Source of the DNA: a virus
Taxonomy: Duplodnaviria; Heunggongvirae; Uroviricota; Caudoviricetes
IMG/VR virus record: IMGVR_UViG_3300029619_000251
DNA length: 30,347 nt
Strand: one strand, 5' to 3'
In this document: one piece after another, positions 17,998 through 24,811 of the stretch
How positions within the stretch are numbered: position 1 is the first letter of the stretch
Layout: each line of letters opens with the position of its first letter
The notes under the pieces: model-generated
What the model was told of the DNA's origin: nothing
Database searches by the model: none
The model's input: the letters and a program-made list of their open reading frames with translations, nothing else
Program-made: the position numbers and the translations under genes

Positions 17998-18601
17998 TTC
18001 GCGCCTGCTGCCGACCGGCTCATCACCGCTTGAAGTCGCCGCCGCAAAAGCCTGTGCGGAAATTGAAAAAACGCCGGTCAGTATTCGTGAGCTGTGGAAC
18101 CCGGATACCTGTCCGGCAAATCTGCTGCCGTGGCTGGCGTGGTCATTTTCGGTCGACAGGTGGGATGATAAATGGCCGGAAGCGACAAAACGCGCTGTTA
18201 TCCGCGATGCGTATTTCATTCACTGCCATAAGGGCACTATAGGCGCAATCCGGCGTGTGGTGGAGCCGCTCGGCTATCTGATTGAGGTAAGGGAGTGGTG
18301 GCAGCTCAACGAGGAGCCGGGGACGTTCCGTATCGTTGTTGGTGTGCTTGAGCAGGGTATTACCGAGGAAATGTATCAGGAGCTGGAGCGCCTCGTTGCT
18401 GATGCAAAACCGGCAAGCCGCCATCTGACGGGACTGGCTATCAGCTTAAGTACAACCGGCAACATTTTTGCCGGTGCGGGATGCTATCACGGCGACGCCA
18501 TGACGGTTTATCCCTACACCCCGGAGGCCATTATTGTCGGAGGGGATTATTTCCCGGCCTCGGCCATTCATTTAATTGATAACCTGAGAGTAAACGCATG
18601 A
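17990..18601 (+). CDS. I: baseplate protein I
   Basis: 203-aa ORF with GGAGG upstream; overlaps the J stop and the H start. Confidence 0.8.
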   Translation: MSDSRLLPTGSSPLEVAAAKACAEIEKTPVSIRELWNPDTCPANLLPWLAWSFSVDRWDDKWPEATKRAVIRDAYFIHCHKGTIGAIRRVVEPLGYLIEVREWWQLNEEPGTFRIVVGVLEQGITEEMYQELERLVADAKPASRHLTGLAISLSTTGNIFAGAGCYHGDAMTVYPYTPEAIIVGGDYFPASAIHLIDNLRVNA

Positions 18602-19782
18602 CAGTGAAATACTACGCCATTCTGACTAATCAGGGCGCAGCACGGCTGGCTAACGCGACGATGCTCGGCAGTAAGCTGAATCTGACGCAAATGGCCGTTG
18701 GTGATGCGAATGGTGTCTTGCCGACACCAGACCCGGCACAGACAAAACTGATTAACCAGAAACGCATCGCGCCGCTGAATCTTCTGAGTGTTGACCCGAA
18801 CAACCAGAGCCAGATTATTGCGGAGCAAATCATCCCTGAGAACGAGGGCGGATTCTGGATCCGTGAGATTGGGCTTTATGATGATGAAGGCGTACTCATT
18901 GCGGTGGCGAACTGCCCGGAAACGTACAAACCGCAGTTGCAGGAAGGCAGTGGTCGTACCCAGACTATCCGCATGATTCTGGTTGTCACGAATACCGAAG
19001 CTATCACGCTGAAAATCGACCCGTCGGTGGTACTGGCGACCCGTAAATACGTGGATGATAAAGTCCTGGAATTAAAGCTGTATGTGGATGACCAGATGAG
19101 AAACCACATTGCCGCACAGGATCCTCATACCCAGTATGCGCAGAAACATAATCCGACATTTACCGGAGAACCAAAAGCGCCGACGCCTGCCGCAGGAAAT
19201 AACACCACGCGGATTGCGACCACTGAGTTTGTTCAGGCCGCTATTACCGCTCTGATTAACGGTGCGCCAGCCACGCTGGACACACTGAAAGAAATTGCCG
19301 CAGCCATTAACAATGACCCGAAATTCAGCACCACCATTAACAATGCGCTGTCAGGTAAGCAGCCACTGGATGAGACGCTGACTCATTTGAGTGGAAAGGA
19401 TATAGCTGGTCTTCTCACATACCTTGGTTTGGGAGAAGCGGCAAAACGGAATGTGGGCACAGGAGATAATCAGATACCGGATATGGGAGCATTCGCTTCT
19501 GGTTCGGGATGGTTCAGGCTACCAGGTGGATATATTGTTCAGTTTGGCACTTTTGCAGGAAACACGACCCGCTTTATCAGTGGACACTTCCCTATACCAT
19601 TCCCTAATCAGCCGATGGTTTCAGTCAGTGTTATGTCTGATGCCGTTCAGTCAGACCCGTCGATTCCTGCCCCGCAGGTTTTGTCTGTAAATTTTGAACA
19701 TATCAGTAATTCAGCGTGGCGTGTGGCAACCAGTGATATCTCACAGCAATACAGATTCAGTTATATTTCGATAGGACGGTAG
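18598..19782 (+). CDS. H: tail fibre protein H: constant N-terminal part plus variable C-terminal part Hv in the current orientation
   Basis: 394 aa; the N-terminal approximately 270 aa resemble the P2 H N-terminus as recalled (GGFW.RE.GLYDD.G.LIAVAN...YKP...EGSGR). The recombination site lies inside the gene at 19411-19438. Confidence 0.85.
   Translation: MTVKYYAILTNQGAARLANATMLGSKLNLTQMAVGDANGVLPTPDPAQTKLINQKRIAPLNLLSVDPNNQSQIIAEQIIPENEGGFWIREIGLYDDEGVLIAVANCPETYKPQLQEGSGRTQTIRMILVVTNTEAITLKIDPSVVLATRKYVDDKVLELKLYVDDQMRNHIAAQDPHTQYAQKHNPTFTGEPKAPTPAAGNNTTRIATTEFVQAAITALINGAPATLDTLKEIAAAINNDPKFSTTINNALSGKQPLDETLTHLSGKDIAGLLTYLGLGEAAKRNVGTGDNQIPDMGAFASGSGWFRLPGGYIVQFGTFAGNTTRFISGHFPIPFPNQPMVSVSVMSDAVQSDPSIPAPQVLSVNFEHISNSAWRVATSDISQQYRFSYISIGR
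19411..19438. repeat. invertase crossover site L (hix/gix/cix-like) inside H
   Basis: CTTCTCACATACC-TT-GGTTTGGGAGAAG, a near-perfect 28-bp palindrome. Its inner 15 bp (19424-19438) are the exact reverse complement of 21284-21298. Confidence 0.75.
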
Positions 19783-19784
19783 AA

Positions 19785-20225
19785 ATGCAGAAATATATTT
19801 TCAGTGCCGATAAAAATGCGTTTTTCCCTGTGGAGCTTAAAATCGCTTATCAGGAATCCGGCGAATGGCCCGATGATGGAATCGAAATTGACGACACTGT
19901 TGCTGCCGAATTTATGAAGGAAGCACCAGAAGGAAAATACAGAGGTGTCATCGACGGAATGCCTGCATGGATTGATATTCCACCGCCAACTCATGAGGAA
20001 CAAATTGCCGCAGCCGAACTGAAAAAGCAGCAATTGATTAATCAGGTCAACGAATACATAAACAGTAAGCAATGGCCTGGTAAAGCGGCGATTGGTCGCC
20101 TGAAAGGTGAGGAACTGGTGCAATATAATTTGTGGCTGGATTATCTGGACGCACTGGAACTGGTCGATACTTCCGGTGCGCCAGATATTGAATGGCCTAC
20201 GCCTCCGGCAGTTCAGGCCAGATGA
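19785..20225 (+). CDS. G: tail fibre assembly chaperone G
   Basis: 146-aa ORF immediately after H; its C-terminus (...DTSGAPDIEWPTPP) parallels the C-terminus of G' (...DTSTAPDVIWPELPEA). Confidence 0.8.
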   Translation: MQKYIFSADKNAFFPVELKIAYQESGEWPDDGIEIDDTVAAEFMKEAPEGKYRGVIDGMPAWIDIPPPTHEEQIAAAELKKQQLINQVNEYINSKQWPGKAAIGRLKGEELVQYNLWLDYLDALELVDTSGAPDIEWPTPPAVQAR

Positions 20226-20799
20226 CATCCGGAGCGGTGCTGGTATCTGTTATCGTCACCGCATCAATGTAATCCAGCACAGTGTTAAGTCGGGTGGTTT
20301 CTGCCTGCGTCAACTTCCGCCCGGCCCGCAACTTCAACTGAATCAGACTTATGGAATCCATTGCCGCATCAGCCAGTGACTGGCGCTTGGTTTCTGCCGC
20401 TTCTACTGCGGCACGATGTTGTGCCTCGGTATCTGTCACCCATTTTTCACCATCCCATTTATCGTATGGTGTTAACGGGGCGATAGTGGTTGTATTTTCA
20501 GGGTAATCACCCGGAGCTGTGATTTCTTTCGATTCTCCTGTTTCGGTGCTATAGATGATTTCACCGCGATGGTCTGGCACATATTCCCATGAGTTAAAAT
20601 CTGCAGAACGGCAGATTGCATAACCAGCTTTATGTGTAACTGGTGCATCTAAACAAGAACATGCCGGGATACCGACGCCAACCGCAAGATATTCAGTTGA
20701 CGTGGAAATATATTCCCGTGTTTCACCATCGTAGTTATAAACGGTAACATCCCCTGCCTTTGTTGCAATAAGCTCACTATTTAATATTGCTTTATGCAT
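20197..20799 (-). CDS. alternative tail fibre assembly chaperone G'
   Basis: 200-aa ORF on the opposite strand, converging on G with a 3' overlap; its start overlaps the Hv' stop. Confidence 0.75.
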   Translation of the reverse strand: MHKAILNSELIATKAGDVTVYNYDGETREYISTSTEYLAVGVGIPACSCLDAPVTHKAGYAICRSADFNSWEYVPDHRGEIIYSTETGESKEITAPGDYPENTTTIAPLTPYDKWDGEKWVTDTEAQHRAAVEAAETKRQSLADAAMDSISLIQLKLRAGRKLTQAETTRLNTVLDYIDAVTITDTSTAPDVIWPELPEA

Positions 20800-21296
20800 C
20801 AGGCTGCCCTCACGATATAGTTAAATGCAATATTACGCGGACGCGTTTCTGAGGCTGCGACACCTAAACCAGCCACTGATTGTTTATATGTTTTAAAGGT
20901 TCCATAATCCGGTGCTGGTAATCCGGCATCGTTTGTGTTTCCTCTTTTGATAATGTCAGTGCCACTATTTACCCAGCTTTCATCAAAATAGAAATTAATA
21001 GTTGCATCAGTCACAATCGTGGATCTTGACGGTAATCCATGAGCATGATCCTCCGTTGCATATCCCTGAATACTTAAAATAGAGCGACCTGTATCAATCC
21101 CACGCCCGTCATCCCAGCCACGAATAAACTCACCACGTAAATCAGGCAATTTATTTGTCGGGTAAACTTTTGCCAGTTCCGGGTATTCTTCAGCAGAAAA
21201 AGCTGCACCATTGCATTTCAGCCAGCCTGTTGGCGGAGTGGCTGAAGGCCACGGAACAGGGACACCAACAGGTAATGCAGAGCCTTCTCCCAAACC
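20799..21296 (-). CDS. alternative tail fibre C-terminal cassette Hv' (no start of its own; fused to the constant part of H after inversion)
   Basis: Open frame is continuous with crossover site R. After inversion H would read ...LTYLGLGEGSALPVGVPVPW... in frame. It ends with NIAFNYIVRAA, resembling the C-termini of Mu/P1-type S fibres as recalled. Confidence 0.7.
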   Translation of the reverse strand, partial: GLGEGSALPVGVPVPWPSATPPTGWLKCNGAAFSAEEYPELAKVYPTNKLPDLRGEFIRGWDDGRGIDTGRSILSIQGYATEDHAHGLPSRSTIVTDATINFYFDESWVNSGTDIIKRGNTNDAGLPAPDYGTFKTYKQSVAGLGVAASETRPRNIAFNYIVRAA

Positions 21297-21310
21297 AACG
21301 TTTTATGGAG
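21284..21310. repeat. invertase crossover site R
   Basis: CTTCTCCCAAACC-AA-CGTTTTATGGAG; the inner half is the exact inverted repeat of site L. Confidence 0.75.
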
Positions 21311-21400
21311 TCGGTTAAATATGATGTTGAAAGAAGGGAATGTCCTAGTATTGATTGTTAGATAAAAATGGAAAGTGCTGATTGTAACGGTATATTTTAA

Positions 21401-21434
21401 GATGGTAACACCAAATGGTGCTACCATCTTTATT
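21401..21434. terminator. hairpin terminator between the invertible segment and the moron
   Basis: GATGGTAACACC-AAAT-GGTGCTACCATC (12-bp stem, one mismatch) followed by TTTATT on the + strand. It also lies immediately 3' of the 105-aa gene on the - strand. Confidence 0.5.
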
Positions 21435-21436
21435 AG

Positions 21437-21754
21437 TTATCTGTTCCTTCTGAGGATTCCGCTACTCCCTTGTGTTGTAGGGTTTAATTTTTTCCAATAA
21501 TGATAACCTTGTGATGTAATCCTTAGAGAGGCAGTATCTACACTCCATCCATCAATACTTTCAGGAGAACCATCGAAGATTACCTTTCCTGTAAGATACC
21601 CATCGTCATGCAGAAAGGCGATATATCCATAAACTTCTTTTAAATCACCAATTTCATTGACTAGGCATTCCCACGCTTGAACAGTGATTCTCTCTGGATA
21701 GGCTTCGACAAAATATTTCAGTGTGGTAGTTTTTTTATTGGTATCGATGTTCAT
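21437..21754 (-). CDS. hypothetical 105-aa protein, AT-rich moron (candidate accessory, defence or anti-defence gene)
   Basis: Clean ORF with AAGGAAAA 7 nt upstream of the ATG and a terminator after the stop. It sits in a 650-bp AT-rich island in the G-FI cargo position. No motif I can recognise. Confidence 0.55.
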   Translation of the reverse strand: MNIDTNKKTTTLKYFVEAYPERITVQAWECLVNEIGDLKEVYGYIAFLHDDGYLTGKVIFDGSPESIDGWSVDTASLRITSQGYHYWKKLNPTTQGSSGILRRNR

Positions 21755-21891
21755 CAGATTTTCCTTTTATTGAGGTCAACCTATCTTACCATACTTAATT
21801 GTTTCACATGGGAATGCTAAGTGGGCTATGTATCCACTATCAGTAAATATTCTTATCCAGCAAGATTACTGTAACTGAGTGCTCCATAGCC

Positions 21892-21919
21892 TTGTCCGCT
21901 TGTACAGATATAGATAATT
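21892..21919 (+). promoter_or_regulatory. putative sigma70 promoter of the invertase gene
   Basis: TTGTCC (21892-21897), 16-bp spacer, ATAATT (21914-21919), about 35 bp upstream of the invertase ATG. Confidence 0.35.
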
Positions 21920-21952
21920 CTGTGTCATTATTCTGTTTTTATAGGGATTTTT

Positions 21953-22546
21953 ATGCGTATAGGTTATGTTCGTGTATCAACAAATGACCAGAACACGGAA
22001 TTGCAGCGTAACGCGCTGGAGTGCGCAGGATGTGAGCTGATTTTTGAGGATAAAATCAGCGGCACGAAGTCCGACCGACCGGGACTGAAAAAACTGCTCA
22101 GAACATTATCAGCAGGTGACACTCTGGTGGTCTGGAAGCTGGACAGGCTGGGGCGTAGTATGCGGCATCTGGTCATTCTGGTTGAGGAGCTGCGCGAACG
22201 CGGCGTTAATTTTCGCAGCCTGACGGATGCTATTGATACCAGCACGCCGATGGGGCGCTTTTTCTTTCATGTGATGGGTGCCCTGGCAGAAATGGAGCGA
22301 GAACTCATTGTCGAGCGGACACGCGCCGGACTGGAAGCGGCCAGAGCCAAAGGTCGTATTGGTGGCAGACGACCGAAACTCACCACGAGTGAGTGGGAGC
22401 AGGTCGGACGGTTGCTGGCTGCGGGGGAATCTCGTCAACGTGTGGCGCTGATTTTTGATATTGGCCTGTCCACGCTCTATAAAAAATTCCCCTCATCAGC
22501 GACAAAGAATAAATTGTGTCATCCCTTAGCCAACCGGGACAAATAG
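21953..22546 (+). CDS. serine DNA invertase (Hin/Gin/Cin/Pin family)
   Basis: 197 aa. N-terminal catalytic motif MRIGYVRVSTNDQNTELQRNAL with the active-site serine; C-terminal HTH (...GRRPKLTTSEWEQVGRLLAAGESRQRVALIFDIGLSTLYKKFP) closely resembles Gin/Hin as recalled. Confidence 0.9.
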   Translation: MRIGYVRVSTNDQNTELQRNALECAGCELIFEDKISGTKSDRPGLKKLLRTLSAGDTLVVWKLDRLGRSMRHLVILVEELRERGVNFRSLTDAIDTSTPMGRFFFHVMGALAEMERELIVERTRAGLEAARAKGRIGGRRPKLTTSEWEQVGRLLAAGESRQRVALIFDIGLSTLYKKFPSSATKNKLCHPLANRDK

Positions 22547-22605
22547 CCTGACATCTCCGGCACAACTGAAAATATCACTCACCCATTAACCACGGAGTTA
22601 AACGG
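22547..22605 (+). promoter_or_regulatory. putative late promoter for FI-FII-E-T-U-D (PF position)
   Basis: Intergenic region upstream of the sheath gene; called from position only. Confidence 0.3.
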
Positions 22606-23796
22606 ATGAGTGACTATCATCACGGCGTGCAGGTGCTGGAGATTAACGACGGCACCCGCGTCATTTCCACCGTATCCACTGCCATTGTCGGCATGGTCTG
22701 CACGGCCAGCGATGCGGATGCGGAAACCTTCCCCCTCAATAAACCTGTGCTGATTACCAATGTGCAGAACGCAATTGCAAAGGCCGGTAAAAAAGGCACG
22801 CTGGCGGCATCGTTGCAGGCCATCGCTGACCAGTCAAAACCGGTCACCGTTGTCGTGCGCGTGGAAGACGGCACCGGTGATGACGAGGAAACGAAACTCG
22901 CGCAGACCGTTTCCAATATCATCGGCACCACCGACGAAAACGGTCAGTACACCGGACTGAAAGCCCTGCTGGCGGCGGAGTCGGTAACCGGTGTTAAACC
23001 GCGTATTCTCGGTGTGCCGGGACTGGATACCAAAGAGGTGGCTGTTGCACTGGCATCCGTCTGTCAGAAGCTGCGCGCTTTCGGATATATCAGCGCATGG
23101 GGCTGTAAGACCATTTCCGAGGTGAAAGCCTACCGCCAGAATTTCAGCCAGCGTGAGCTGATGGTCATCTGGCCGGATTTCCTCGCATGGGATACGGTCA
23201 GCAGCACCACCGCCACCGCGTATGCCACCGCCCGTGCGCTGGGTCTGCGCGCTAAAATCGACCAGGAGCAGGGCTGGCATAAAACGCTGTCCAATGTCGG
23301 GGTAAACGGTGTTACCGGCATCAGTGCTTCTGTATTCTGGGATTTGCAGGAGTCCGGCACCGATGCTGACCTGCTTAACGAGTCAGGCGTCACTACGCTG
23401 ATTCGTCGCGACGGTTTCCGATTCTGGGGTAACCGTACCTGCTCTGATGACCCGCTGTTCCTCTTTGAAAACTACACCCGCACCGCGCAGGTGCTGGCCG
23501 ACACGATGGCTGAGGCGCACATGTGGGCGGTGGACAAGCCCATCACCGCAACGCTGATTCGCGACATCGTTGACGGCATCAATGCCAAATTCCGTGAGCT
23601 GAAAACAAACGGCTATATCGTGGATGCGACCTGCTGGTTCAGCGAAGAATCCAACGATGCGGAAACCCTCAAGGCCGGAAAACTGTATATCGACTACGAC
23701 TATACACCGGTGCCTCCTCTTGAAAACCTGACCCTGCGCCAGCGTATTACCGATAAATACCTGGCAAATCTGGTCACCTCGGTTAACAGCAATTAA
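22606..23796 (+). CDS. FI: contractile tail sheath protein
   Basis: 396-aa ORF with GGAG upstream; length and position match P2 gpFI as recalled. Confidence 0.9.
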   Translation: MSDYHHGVQVLEINDGTRVISTVSTAIVGMVCTASDADAETFPLNKPVLITNVQNAIAKAGKKGTLAASLQAIADQSKPVTVVVRVEDGTGDDEETKLAQTVSNIIGTTDENGQYTGLKALLAAESVTGVKPRILGVPGLDTKEVAVALASVCQKLRAFGYISAWGCKTISEVKAYRQNFSQRELMVIWPDFLAWDTVSSTTATAYATARALGLRAKIDQEQGWHKTLSNVGVNGVTGISASVFWDLQESGTDADLLNESGVTTLIRRDGFRFWGNRTCSDDPLFLFENYTRTAQVLADTMAEAHMWAVDKPITATLIRDIVDGINAKFRELKTNGYIVDATCWFSEESNDAETLKAGKLYIDYDYTPVPPLENLTLRQRITDKYLANLVTSVNSN

Positions 23797-23808
23797 GGAG
23801 CCTGACCG

Positions 23809-24327
23809 ATGGCAATGCCGCGCAAACTCAAGTTAATGAACGTCTTTCTGAACGGCTACAGCTATCAGGGCGTCGCGAAGTCCGTCACGCTGCCAAAACT
23901 GACCCGTAAGCTCGAAAACTATCGCGGTGCGGGGATGAACGGCAGCGCACCGGTAGACCTCGGCCTTGATGACGATGCGCTGTCAATGGAGTGGTCGCTC
24001 GGTGGCTTCCCGGATTCGGTTATCTGGGAGCTTTACGCCGCAACCGGTGTGGATGCCGTACCGATTCGTTTTGCAGGCTCTTACCAGCGCGACGATACCG
24101 GCGAAACGGTGGCCGTCGAAGTGGTCATGCGTGGACGTCAGAAAGAAATCGACACCGGCGAGGGTAAACAGGGAGAGGACACCGAGTCGAAAATCTCCGT
24201 GGTCTGCACCTATTTCCGGCTGACGATGGACGGTAAGGAGCTGGTCGAAATCGACACCATCAACATGATTGAGAAGGTGAACGGCGTCGACCGGCTGGAG
24301 CAACACCGCCGAAATATCGGCCTGTGA
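23809..24327 (+). CDS. FII: tail tube protein
   Basis: 172-aa ORF with AAGGAG upstream, following the sheath gene. Confidence 0.9.
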   Translation: MAMPRKLKLMNVFLNGYSYQGVAKSVTLPKLTRKLENYRGAGMNGSAPVDLGLDDDALSMEWSLGGFPDSVIWELYAATGVDAVPIRFAGSYQRDDTGETVAVEVVMRGRQKEIDTGEGKQGEDTESKISVVCTYFRLTMDGKELVEIDTINMIEKVNGVDRLEQHRRNIGL

Positions 24328-24383
24328 TTTTCATCCGGTCAGCCTGGCTGACCGGTTAACCCTGATTCAGAAGTGAGAAAACC

Positions 24384-24659
24384 ATGAACAAAGAAAATGT
24401 CATTACCCTGGACAATCCGGTCAAACGTGGTGAGCAGGTTATCGAACAGGTCACGCTGATGAAACCCAATGCCGGGACGCTGCGCGGTGTCAGTCTGGCT
24501 GCGGTTGCAAACTCCGAAGTCGATGCACTGATTAAGGTGCTGCCGCGCATGACGGCACCGATGCTGACCGAGCAGGAAGTCGCCGCGCTGGAACTGCCTG
24601 ACCTTGTGGCGCTGGCCGGTAAGGTGGTCGGTTTTTTGTCGCCGAACTCGGTGCAGTGA
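24384..24659 (+). CDS. E: tail assembly chaperone E
   Basis: 91-aa ORF immediately upstream of the tape-measure gene; contains the slippery run T-TTT-TTG at 24632-24638. Confidence 0.8.
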   Translation: MNKENVITLDNPVKRGEQVIEQVTLMKPNAGTLRGVSLAAVANSEVDALIKVLPRMTAPMLTEQEVAALELPDLVALAGKVVGFLSPNSVQ

Positions 24660-24811
24660 CGTTTCCGAAAAATCTGTCGGTCGATGATCTGATGGCGGAT
24701 GTGGCAGTGATATTTCACTGGCCGCCATCAGAACTGTACCCCATGAGCCTGACCGAACTCATCACATGGCGCGAAAAGGCGCTCCGGCGAAGCGGAAACA
24801 CGAATGAGTAA
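24384..24811 (+). CDS. E+E' tail assembly chaperone, made by a programmed -1 frameshift
   Basis: The -1 frame is open from the slippery site to a TAA at 24809-24811, overlapping the T start. Predicted product is about 142 aa. Confidence 0.65.

Larger units (their letters stand above)
19424..21298. other. invertible DNA segment (about 1.87 kb) carrying alternative tail-fibre C-termini and chaperones
   Basis: Bounded by 15-bp perfect inverted repeats with central TT/AA dinucleotides. Contains Hv and G on the + strand and Hv' and G' on the - strand in convergent orientation, with a serine invertase gene nearby. Confidence 0.8.

Noticed and set aside
21155-21427. Small ORFs (68 and 69 aa) spanning crossover site R and the AT-rich spacer
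   Set aside because: They overlap the Hv' cassette and the recombination site and have no RBS; likely non-coding.
20226-22605. P2 Z/fun gene in the G-FI slot
   Set aside because: No ORF of comparable size on the + strand; the slot is occupied by the invertible-segment partner cassettes, the 105-aa moron and the invertase.
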